A DNA stretch of 64,000 bases from Thermodesulfobacteriota bacterium (GTDB lineage Bacteria; Desulfobacterota_D; UBA1144; Nemesobacterales; Nemesobacteraceae), in assembly GCA_965204795.1 (NCBI GenBank), contig OZ242012.1, positions 355,861 through 419,860 on the forward strand, in the 5' to 3' direction. The translations under genes were made by a program, and so were the position numbers. The notes below the pieces were generated by a model. It saw only the letters and a program-made list of their open reading frames with translations, was not told the DNA's origin and searched no databases. Shown here piece by piece: positions 18,078-26,776 of the stretch (position 1 is the first letter of the stretch; each line of letters opens with the position of its first letter).

Positions 18078-20021
18078 ATGACGGGAACTAACAGTTTCGC
18101 ATCTCTCCAATTTACCGGCCTGTCCTCCCCTGAAGGTTTTGCATCCAAGAGTTTAGCCACCGAGAACACCGTCGAGCCTGGTCCCATAGTGCGTGAACTC
18201 ATACAGAATTCACTAGACGCGGGGCATCTGGCGGGACGGGAGCAAGTAAAGGTCTGTTTCGCTCTGGAAGAAGTCGCGACATGCGACTTGCCGGGGATAG
18301 AAGAGTACGAAAGGGCGTTTGACGCCGCGAAGAAAACCCACAAGGATCATCTGGGAAATGTCGGAGCGCAGATTTCCCGTATAGAAAAAAGCCTGGAGGC
18401 GAAGGCCGTAAGAATTTTGAACGTGCGCGACAACGGGATAGGTCTCGACCCTGAAAAGATGAATTCGCTCCTGGGAGACGGAACGACGAGCAAGAACGAG
18501 GGAGGATTGGCCGGTTCATACGGACTCGGTCACTTTACCGCGTTCCCGGCTTCGAACCTTCAATTCGTTCTCTACGGCGGAGTGACGAAGGATTCAACGC
18601 GGACGGCGTCCGCGCACGCCATACTCGCATCACACGAAATCGACGGTGGAGTGAAGGGAAAAGACGGTTTCCTGATCAAAAGCATTCATGAAGAAAAAGT
18701 GCGCGACCGCTATGTCTTTCCGACAAATGGTGAAATTGCCCCCTTGCTGGACTCGCAGCTCGATGTTGTTGAAAGAGACTATGGTTCGGGTTCCGTGATT
18801 TCAATCACGGCTTTCAATAATTTCCTTGAGAACGACGAGGATTCTTCCGTAATGGCGATTCTTACCACGGCCGCCATGCATTTTTCTCCTGCCGTCCATA
18901 ACGGTTCCCTTGTAGTCGAGGTGGTTAGAAAAAATGGCTCCGAGCGGAAAATTTTGGACAGACAGTCACTAGGTTCCATAATTCAGGAAAACAGAAAAGG
19001 CAGAAGAAGCGGTGAAGACAAGCTTTCACCCAGAAACGCGTATAATGCATACGAGACCCTCGTACGCGGCGAGAAACGTGAAGTCGAAACAAGTTTCGGG
19101 AAAGTGACTCTATGTATCCGTCAGTCTCCTCAGGACACCACCCAAATCAATCTTTTCCGTAGCGGCATGTGGATAAGTAACAACCTGCCCAGGAACAGAC
19201 GCTACAACTATTCGGACTACAAACAATTTAACGCGTTGGTGCTTATCAATCCCCCCAGTGAAGCCTTTGATTTAGTGCGTCTCTCCGAGGGCGAAAAACA
19301 TCTGGACATAAATTCCAAGAGACTGGTTGACGAGCAAAAAATCAGGTTTGACAGCTTCTGGGGGGAAATCAGAAATAAGATTACCGAAAGTCTGGAGAAG
19401 TCGGAATCTGACGAGTTTTCTCCCAACGTTTTCATACTTACTCCTCCTGAAAGAAAAGAACCTAGGTCGACCGTACGTCGCAAGTCTTCCACGCCCGAAA
19501 CCCCGGAAATCAATCTGGAAGAGCAAGTGCCGGAACCCGCTTTTGCGCCCGCCGACCCGGAAGACCCGATTTATCCAGACCCCGGCCCCGGTCCGCGCAA
19601 TCCAAAAAAATCTTCGGGACCGGGCGACGAGCCTGGCGATGTTCCGTCTTTTAACCGGAGCGGTCGAGTCGCGGATGTTCTAACCGCCGCCAAGTTTGAC
19701 TCAGAACGGGTGAGGCTGGTCATACGCAGCAACGAGGACATGATAAACGCGGGAGTCAGATTGTGTCTGGATAACGGAGCCGACGCTTCCTGCGAAAAAC
19801 CCGCAGCGGACCAATTCATTCCGTTCGGGAAGAACGCTCTTCTGGATGGAATTCCTCTTGAAGACGATTACTACCGAGAAGGTCGCGAAGGAGCGTTGGA
19901 ACTTTTGATAGGAGCTATAGCAAAGGGTCAGACTAAAACGGTGACCCTTCCTCTTGTGAGCGTACTTCCTCAGGATGCCGTCGTGAAAGTAAACATAGTG
20001 AGCAGGGAAAAGGAAAAGTAG
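18078..20021 (+). CDS. GHKL (MORC/Hsp90/MutL-fold) ATPase-domain protein with Pro/Gly-rich linker
   Basis: Bergerat-fold motifs RELIQNSLDA, VRDNGIGL, GSYGLGHF and GSGSVISI, plus the linker PDPGPGPRNPKKSSGPG. Start is ATG 18078 or TTG 18054. Confidence 0.75.
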   Translation: MTGTNSFASLQFTGLSSPEGFASKSLATENTVEPGPIVRELIQNSLDAGHLAGREQVKVCFALEEVATCDLPGIEEYERAFDAAKKTHKDHLGNVGAQISRIEKSLEAKAVRILNVRDNGIGLDPEKMNSLLGDGTTSKNEGGLAGSYGLGHFTAFPASNLQFVLYGGVTKDSTRTASAHAILASHEIDGGVKGKDGFLIKSIHEEKVRDRYVFPTNGEIAPLLDSQLDVVERDYGSGSVISITAFNNFLENDEDSSVMAILTTAAMHFSPAVHNGSLVVEVVRKNGSERKILDRQSLGSIIQENRKGRRSGEDKLSPRNAYNAYETLVRGEKREVETSFGKVTLCIRQSPQDTTQINLFRSGMWISNNLPRNRRYNYSDYKQFNALVLINPPSEAFDLVRLSEGEKHLDINSKRLVDEQKIRFDSFWGEIRNKITESLEKSESDEFSPNVFILTPPERKEPRSTVRRKSSTPETPEINLEEQVPEPAFAPADPEDPIYPDPGPGPRNPKKSSGPGDEPGDVPSFNRSGRVADVLTAAKFDSERVRLVIRSNEDMINAGVRLCLDNGADASCEKPAADQFIPFGKNALLDGIPLEDDYYREGREGALELLIGAIAKGQTKTVTLPLVSVLPQDAVVKVNIVSREKEK

Positions 20022-20033
20022 AGGGCGATTCCG

Positions 20034-20879
20034 GTGGCATCCGTACTTCCAAGGATTCATTCTTATCCGGTACTGGCGAAAAACAGTTTGGATTATCTGC
20101 CGGAGCATCAATACGAAACGCAGCACAGCCGCACTGAGAGCAAGGACAGTCCTTTCATAACAATCGACCACCAAATTTCGGAGAGCAATCTGGTGGCGAG
20201 GTTCATATCGGAAGGATATGCGGCTTTTGCATGTACTCTGACATCAGCTCATTCCGCTTACAGAGAAGTTTTTGTTGAAAAAACGAGGGACCTGAAACAC
20301 ATCCAGAAACTCGCATGGGATAATCGAAAGGTGTTGTTTCCTCTTCTTTTTCAGCCCGCGGTCGTAGTATTGAGGGAAATAAAAGACTGTTATCTCGGCG
20401 GAGCTGACGGAGTGCATGAAATATGGAGGGGCAGTAGGGCATCCTTTCCAAAAGGTTCGATACTGGCGATCGCGCCTTTCTGGCAGTCTCAAAGCACGGC
20501 ACAGAGCATCCTCCGCATACGCAAGGAGGAGGAAATTCCGGAGGGATGTTACGAAGTGATTGAATCGGTAGAGGAAGGATTCTATTTTCTGGTCAAAGCA
20601 AGCCCCAAGCTTTTCGACTCTCTTCAGAACCCGGGCAAGCACAGTCTTCGCCACAGAGACAGCATATATACGGCTGCATTTGCCGAAGGACTGGGTATCC
20701 TGAACAGAGAGTTCAAGGACGAAGAAAAATGGAGAAACTATCATAACCTGAGGTCTCTTCATGCTGAGTTGAAGAGAAAAAAGCTCAAGGCATGGTACGA
20801 CGATGATTTCAGTCCGAACCGTGCCGCGGCGGCTTTTCTTCCGCACAAAATAGATACGGAGGCTTCTTCTGATGATTAA
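20034..20879 (+). CDS. Hypothetical protein (281 aa) of the islet operon
   Basis: Long ORF 12 bp after the GHKL gene and overlapping the next gene. No catalytic motif recognised. Confidence 0.7.
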   Translation: MASVLPRIHSYPVLAKNSLDYLPEHQYETQHSRTESKDSPFITIDHQISESNLVARFISEGYAAFACTLTSAHSAYREVFVEKTRDLKHIQKLAWDNRKVLFPLLFQPAVVVLREIKDCYLGGADGVHEIWRGSRASFPKGSILAIAPFWQSQSTAQSILRIRKEEEIPEGCYEVIESVEEGFYFLVKASPKLFDSLQNPGKHSLRHRDSIYTAAFAEGLGILNREFKDEEKWRNYHNLRSLHAELKRKKLKAWYDDDFSPNRAAAAFLPHKIDTEASSDD

Positions 20880-21756
20880 GGAAATTCTGGTCTCGGGGAA
20901 TCTGGGCAAGCTCAGAAGCGACCTCATCGGAAAATCGTCTGATGAGAATGGCCTTCGCTTAAAAAAACAGAAGGAACTTGCCGAGTTGGCAATAGACTCA
21001 GATAGCCGAAAGTTCGTCAACTACTTCAAATCTCATTGCAAAACAGAAGTTCTAGCGCAATGGGGTAATGGTTCTACCCCCCCCCCTAAAAATCGGCGTT
21101 TAACCGAATCAGAACTTTTCGAACCGCCTCAAGACACCGAAGAGGCGGTTTTCAATTCGTTAAGAAATCTTCCCCGGAGGCTGGCCTCCTACCCCGCGTT
21201 CTGGACGAGCTATCACCTCGACATGATGGAGTCCGGTCTTGTGGAACCCAGTTACTTTGCCAAGGTGCAGATCAGCGAGGCCGGCCAAGCGCGCACCGAG
21301 AAAGCATTGGCTTTAGTCTCGGTTGACGAGAAACCTCTTGACCGGTGTATCCGAACGATTCTGCGTCGCATGGGCGGATTGCCGGAAGCCCGGGGTTCCG
21401 TAAGCGTCTTTCAGGATTGCAGAACGGCCAGATCTTGGTGGAGAGGCTTGTTTGTGGATGAAGTTTGCGGGGAGTTAGGGACGGATAGGGACAGGGCATG
21501 GAAGGTTTTGAGGACAAACCAGATATGGGAGCAGTTAACGGGTTACGTCGTGCAGAAGCTTACGGTTCTGGGAGATACGAGGATCAGGATTGCGCTGATA
21601 GCTTACTTCGCCGAGATGGATTCCGTTCCCAACGACCGGGACAAGGTTCAGGACATTCTCAACCGCATAGGACGAAGAACCGCGTACCAGATGATGGGGG
21701 TACTGTCGCCCAAGGAAAATCTGGAGATTATAAGGAGCATTTGTCGTGAGTCCTGA
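20872..21756 (+). CDS. Hypothetical protein (294 aa), DUF6339-like
   Basis: Overlaps both neighbours. LASYPAFWTSYH and RTARSWW resemble, from memory, DUF6339-type motifs; not verified. Confidence 0.5.
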   Translation: MIKEILVSGNLGKLRSDLIGKSSDENGLRLKKQKELAELAIDSDSRKFVNYFKSHCKTEVLAQWGNGSTPPPKNRRLTESELFEPPQDTEEAVFNSLRNLPRRLASYPAFWTSYHLDMMESGLVEPSYFAKVQISEAGQARTEKALALVSVDEKPLDRCIRTILRRMGGLPEARGSVSVFQDCRTARSWWRGLFVDEVCGELGTDRDRAWKVLRTNQIWEQLTGYVVQKLTVLGDTRIRIALIAYFAEMDSVPNDRDKVQDILNRIGRRTAYQMMGVLSPKENLEIIRSICRES

Positions 21757-23017
21757 CATCGGCAAGATCAGGTTGAGCAAGGTGCCGGACCTGTCCATTC
21801 AGTACGAGATGGATGAACATAGAACATGGCCGCACGTGCTCAAGTTTTCGGGAGGAAGGTCAAGCGCGATGCTGCTCGTTTCTCTTCTGAAGAACCGCCA
21901 GCTGAAACCGTCCCGGGGCGATGTGGTCATCTTCAACAACACGGCCGCGGAGCACCCTGCCACTTACGAATTCGCTTCCATATGCAAGAGGCTCGCTGAA
22001 GAGCGCTATAACATCCCGTTTTTCTGGATAGAGTTCAAAACTTATGAGGATGCCAGAAGAGGAAGGTGGACGCGTCTTTCAAACTACAGGCTGGTAAAAG
22101 ATCATCCATTCGCGGCTAATCGTCCTTACGGCTATCGGTACAAGGGCGAAGTGTTTGAGGAAATGCTTTCGTGGAAGCAGCGTCTTCCAAACCATCTGCA
22201 GCGACTCTGCACACAGCACCTCAAACTGGAAACCACGATTAATTTTCTCGGGGACTGGTTCGCTTTCAAAACCGGCACTCCGCGTCTGGGGCACTGGCAC
22301 GGTGGGAGTCGGGTCAATTTTCTCGGACGGGGCGACCTGAAAAAAATCGTAAGTTATCACCTTAGCACTTCCGTGGAGAGACCCGCCCAGAAGTTTCGGG
22401 ATTATACGAAAGCGTCTCCAATACGCATAAGAAATTCCAGTATGCAAAACAAGAGTTTCGGTGGGACCGCAGAGTTGAAAGGAGATAATCCGGTGGACTT
22501 TGTGACTCTCGTGGGTCTTCGAGCCGATGAATTTCGCAGGGTTGCCAGAGTGAAGGCCAGGAACAACGGCGGACTTGCGGAAGACAACGCCGACAAGCTG
22601 GCTCACGGAGAACACATCTACACGCCGCTTGCGGACCATGGGATTACCAAGAACGACACTATGGAATTCTGGCTCAGGCAGTCCTGGGATCTGCGAATTC
22701 CTCACTCCGTCAATTTTTCAAACTGCGTTTACTGTTTCATGAAAGGAAAAAAAGCTCTCACGCGAATAATAAAAGAGCAGTCGGAAAACCCTATTCCGGT
22801 CAGGTACCGCAAAACTCCGGTCGATATTGCTTGGTGGATAGACATTGAAAACCGTTACGCCCGCAGGGTCTCCAGCACTAAAGAAGAAAACTCGATGACA
22901 CGGTTCGGCTTCTTCGGGGCGAATTCACCCACAACATACTCCTCTCTCTACGAAGACGCAGAGGAGGATGAAGGCGTATTTATAGATGATGCCATGCCTT
23001 GTGACTGTACCGATTAG
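21746..23017 (+). CDS. PP-loop / PAPS-reductase-like (adenine nucleotide alpha hydrolase) protein with Cys clusters
   Basis: FSGGRSSAML PP-loop, NNTAAEHPATYEF, RLCTQHLK, VGLRADE..R, PLADHGITK, SNCVYCFMKG and C-terminal PCDCTD. Confidence 0.8.
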   Translation: MSPDIGKIRLSKVPDLSIQYEMDEHRTWPHVLKFSGGRSSAMLLVSLLKNRQLKPSRGDVVIFNNTAAEHPATYEFASICKRLAEERYNIPFFWIEFKTYEDARRGRWTRLSNYRLVKDHPFAANRPYGYRYKGEVFEEMLSWKQRLPNHLQRLCTQHLKLETTINFLGDWFAFKTGTPRLGHWHGGSRVNFLGRGDLKKIVSYHLSTSVERPAQKFRDYTKASPIRIRNSSMQNKSFGGTAELKGDNPVDFVTLVGLRADEFRRVARVKARNNGGLAEDNADKLAHGEHIYTPLADHGITKNDTMEFWLRQSWDLRIPHSVNFSNCVYCFMKGKKALTRIIKEQSENPIPVRYRKTPVDIAWWIDIENRYARRVSSTKEENSMTRFGFFGANSPTTYSSLYEDAEEDEGVFIDDAMPCDCTD

Positions 23018-23023
23018 AGAAAA

Positions 23024-24202
23024 GTGGATTATGGAACAATGAAGAACGGTTTGAAAACAGTGTATCTGGATCATCAGGCGACGACGCCTGTAGATTCCCG
23101 AGTGCTTGCCGCAATGAAGCCGTTTTTCAGGAATTTTTTCGAGAATCCGCATACCGATAATTATCGCTCCGCGGTCCAAGTGCGTGAAGCGGTGGAGAAG
23201 GCGAGGATACAGATCGCCCGGGCAATCGGCTCGCGCAGTGCGGCGGCGGTTGTATTCACTGGAAGTGCTACCGAGGCAAACAATCTCGCCATTTGCGGAA
23301 CAGCTGCCGCTGCGAGAAGAGGACGCAACCGGATCGTTACCCTAGCTACGGAACATAAGGCTGTGCTGGAACCCGTGAAGGCGATGGTCAATGCCGGATT
23401 TGAAGTGTCTATTCTTAAGGTTCAGCGCAACGGGATAGTTGACTTGGATGTTGTCCGCAAGTCTGTTGATTCGCGCACTCTTTTGCTGTCGGCAATGATG
23501 GTCAACAACGAAACAGGGGTCATACAACAGATAAAGGAAATAGCGGGAATCTGTCATGAACAGGGAGTCATTTTTCACAGCGACTGCGCCCAGGCTCTCG
23601 GCAAGATTCCCGTTGACGTGTCGGAACTTGATTTGGACTTGGCGACTTTTTCCGCACACAAAGCCTACGGTCCGAAAGGAATAGGGTGTCTTTACGTTCG
23701 CCCGCGCCCGAGAGTGAGGATAAAACCCGTAATTCTAGGAGGAGGGCAAGAAGGAGGACTTCGTTCGGGAACTTTGCCAGTACCTCTATGTGTCGGTTTC
23801 GGTGTAGCTGCAAAAATAGCTAGTGAGCAAACAGATAAGGACATGGAAAAGATTACAAAGCTGACCGATATGCTGTTTCACGGCATCAGGAAAATCAAAC
23901 CTGATGTGATGCTTAACGGAGACCCTGAAAAGCGAGCTCCAGGATGTCTTAACATTATGTTTCCTGGTTACAGAAGCGATAGTTTGCTTCAGGCTATTCC
24001 TCAAGTTGCTGCATCCACGGGTTCTGCCTGCGCGGCAACGGAAACTAACCCGTCTCATGTATTGCGTGCTTTAGGTCTTTCAAAAGATCAGGCTAACAGT
24101 TCGGTGCGTTTTGGGGTCGGTCGCGGGACGACCCGAAAGGAAATATTGAAAACATTAGATGTTATAAATGAGGCAATTAGTTCTAGGGTGGAAAACTACT
24201 AG
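23024..24202 (+). CDS. Cysteine desulfurase (IscS/NifS class; DndA/SspA-like by context)
   Basis: YLDHQATTP, FTGSATEANN, DCAQALGK, SAHKAYGPKG (PLP lysine), GGGQEGGLRSGT and STGSAC (catalytic Cys). No isc/suf neighbours. Confidence 0.92.
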   Translation: MDYGTMKNGLKTVYLDHQATTPVDSRVLAAMKPFFRNFFENPHTDNYRSAVQVREAVEKARIQIARAIGSRSAAAVVFTGSATEANNLAICGTAAAARRGRNRIVTLATEHKAVLEPVKAMVNAGFEVSILKVQRNGIVDLDVVRKSVDSRTLLLSAMMVNNETGVIQQIKEIAGICHEQGVIFHSDCAQALGKIPVDVSELDLDLATFSAHKAYGPKGIGCLYVRPRPRVRIKPVILGGGQEGGLRSGTLPVPLCVGFGVAAKIASEQTDKDMEKITKLTDMLFHGIRKIKPDVMLNGDPEKRAPGCLNIMFPGYRSDSLLQAIPQVAASTGSACAATETNPSHVLRALGLSKDQANSSVRFGVGRGTTRKEILKTLDVINEAISSRVENY

Positions 24203-24213
24203 GAGGGAATCCA

Positions 24214-26487
24214 ATGTCTGGTATTGATCTGCAAGGCTATGAATCTCGCGTATACAATATCCATCATCTTTTTGATAAAACGGAAGAAGGTTTCTTCGTC
24301 CCGTTGTATCAACGGGAATACACTTGGGTAGACGAGAATATAAACCAGTTTTTTGAGGATCTTGTATTAGGTATATGGGAACTTTCCAATAAAAATGATA
24401 AAAATGCAGTAACTTTCTTCGGCACTCTAATTTTTACGAATTTAGTTGACAAGACAACCACTGTGAAAAAGGGTGAAGACAATGCTCAGCCTACGGCAGT
24501 TCAACTTGTTATTGATGGTCAGCAACGTATTTCTACAATAGCCCTCTTGGCAATTCAGTTAAGGGAACGACTTAAATCGTTCAGAAGCAAATTACCGGAT
24601 GGAAACCTCTACAAAGTTCTGAGAAATCATTGTGATGATCTGAAGGACGAAAAACTTCCCAAACTCTATACGATCAAGCTGGGACGTGGTGCAAATCCAC
24701 CAAAGAAACCCAAAATTATTTCCGCTAAAGGAGAAGATCGGTGGACATATGACGGTGGTGATGAGTCGTATGGTTCTCCTGTGGCACATTATATTGCAAC
24801 TTATATACGTGAAGAGGATCTTGAGAAAGCGTTTGACTCAATTGTCTCTGTACGTGTACACAAGAACGTTAAATTGATAAATCGATGGCTTGATGGAATT
24901 TGCTCTAACGAACCCGGTTCTTTGCATGACGGTCAGTTTCCGACGGATACAGAGATCGTTTCGGATAGGATGCAAGAATATATTCTCGGCTATAAAAGCG
25001 ATCAGATAAGAAATGTCATTGGACAGAATTGTGATAATAGCTCACATATTGCCACACAGACTTACCGTCTTTTTTTACTTGCTTACTATCTACTAAATCG
25101 TTGTGCAGTAAACCGCCTGCAACCTCCACATGAGGATTGGGGCTTTGATATGTTTCAGGCCCTTAATGCAACTGGTACACCGCTTACGGCTATGGAAACA
25201 TTTCTTCCCAATGTTATGCGAGCTGAAAAGAGAGTTGGAAACGAATGGGAGAAAACACCATCTTCTGAACATATGGACGAAATTGAACAGCTTTTTAAAG
25301 CGACAAATAATAACCAACAGAAAAGCCGTCGCACCAATGAACTTCTGAACACTTTCGCTTTGTGCTATGAGGGTAAAAAACTCGGAAATAAATTCAGCAC
25401 ACAGAGAAGGTGGATAACAGATATCTATGAAAACAATTTGCAAAATCTTGAAGAAAAACGTGAATTTCTTCGTCATCTTGCAGATGTTGGAAAATTTTTT
25501 TATGTCGCTTGGTACATGGAAGATAATCCCGGTCATATCATGGGGCTTGAACATCACGAAGAGGAGGGGAATTTAGTTCCTTTTCTCATTCGCTACTTGA
25601 AGGATGCAAATTCCAAACTTTCCGCGCCAATACTGGCACGGTATTACAGTCAAGCAGTTAGGGATGAGAAATATATGGATGAGTTTGTTGAAGCTGTTAA
25701 GGCCTGTGCAGCCTTTTTTACATTATGGCGGTCTGCGCGGTCTGCAACGGGACTTGATAAGAATTACAGGAATTTTTTCAGAGGTGACAAAGGTAACAAA
25801 CATAACTGGCTACAACCCAAACAGGTTTCATCAAAAAGTCTAAAAGAACATTTTCTTGATGTTCTCAGAGATAATCAAATTTACGAAAAAGATTCATGGA
25901 TTGAGGAGTCGAAACGTTTCTTGCTTTATACGGAAGTAAAGGTTATCTGTCGTTTCGTGTTGTTTCTTGCGGGGCATGACCGTGCTGGTGATGATACAAG
26001 GCCAGGGCTTACGACTTCCGGTAACACGGGAGTCTGTTCGCTTCTTAATCTTGAAAAATGGCTCTCAAAAAATTATAAATCGTTGGAACATATTGCACCC
26101 CAAAAGCCTCCGAAAAAACATAATTGGGATAGGGGTATCTATACGGGAAATAAGGTGCATGAAGTTGGAAATCTTTTACTATTGCGGACGGAAGTTAACA
26201 GACTTGCTGACAATAAGAATTGGGTCGAAAAATTTCTTTACTACTCTCATGTTGGCAAAAGTAGGGACCAAGACATTAAGGAGCTCAGAGAAGAAGCGGA
26301 AAAAGAAGGGATAAGGCTTAGCGAAAAAGCTATTAAAGAATTGTTAACAACTCCTTATGCCCGTGTGGTAGAACCTGTACTGACTTTAGGCAAAGGGGGT
26401 CGTTGGGATGCTAGAATGATTGATGAAAGGACAAATCAGATCAAGGAAATAGCTTGGGAAAAACTCACGTCTTGGTTGAAAATTTGA
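24214..26487 (+). CDS. DUF262-DUF1524 protein, SspE-like (GmrSD superfamily) restriction effector
   Basis: FFVPLYQREYTW, VIDGQQR, FDMFQALNATGTPLTAMETF, and C-terminal SLEHIAPQ...GNLLLL...N HNH-like nuclease. Length (757 aa) and internal motifs fit the SspE clade as I recall it. Confidence 0.75.
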   Translation: MSGIDLQGYESRVYNIHHLFDKTEEGFFVPLYQREYTWVDENINQFFEDLVLGIWELSNKNDKNAVTFFGTLIFTNLVDKTTTVKKGEDNAQPTAVQLVIDGQQRISTIALLAIQLRERLKSFRSKLPDGNLYKVLRNHCDDLKDEKLPKLYTIKLGRGANPPKKPKIISAKGEDRWTYDGGDESYGSPVAHYIATYIREEDLEKAFDSIVSVRVHKNVKLINRWLDGICSNEPGSLHDGQFPTDTEIVSDRMQEYILGYKSDQIRNVIGQNCDNSSHIATQTYRLFLLAYYLLNRCAVNRLQPPHEDWGFDMFQALNATGTPLTAMETFLPNVMRAEKRVGNEWEKTPSSEHMDEIEQLFKATNNNQQKSRRTNELLNTFALCYEGKKLGNKFSTQRRWITDIYENNLQNLEEKREFLRHLADVGKFFYVAWYMEDNPGHIMGLEHHEEEGNLVPFLIRYLKDANSKLSAPILARYYSQAVRDEKYMDEFVEAVKACAAFFTLWRSARSATGLDKNYRNFFRGDKGNKHNWLQPKQVSSKSLKEHFLDVLRDNQIYEKDSWIEESKRFLLYTEVKVICRFVLFLAGHDRAGDDTRPGLTTSGNTGVCSLLNLEKWLSKNYKSLEHIAPQKPPKKHNWDRGIYTGNKVHEVGNLLLLRTEVNRLADNKNWVEKFLYYSHVGKSRDQDIKELREEAEKEGIRLSEKAIKELLTTPYARVVEPVLTLGKGGRWDARMIDERTNQIKEIAWEKLTSWLKI

Positions 26488-26776
26488 GTACGCTAACGCT
26501 GGCAAACAAAGGCTAGCGGGAGTTTGTTGCGAAACGAGTCAAGCTTCCATGTAAGAACAATCTAGCTCGCTGAAACGCTCTGTATTACCCTAATTATTAC
26601 TTCCAACAATATACTTTATCCTGGCCTAGGGAGAATGGTACTGCTCAGAACTGCTAAGTTCTTGAAGAAGAAAATCCTGTTTCAACAGGCAGTTGTAAAA
26701 GGACTGGAGCCATCCCAGTTAATATGAACCCCAGTGGGTAATAATGCCCAATTCTCAATAAAACCAGATTCCCTCC

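Noticed and set aside
23024-24202. Desulfurase as the housekeeping iscS
   Set aside because: No iscR/iscU/suf neighbours, non-backbone composition, and it is embedded in the islet operon.
26488-26776. AT-rich spacer after the SspE-like gene as a gene remnant or ncRNA
   Set aside because: The frames I translated by hand gave only short, stop-interrupted peptides with no recognisable motif, and I saw no convincing structure.
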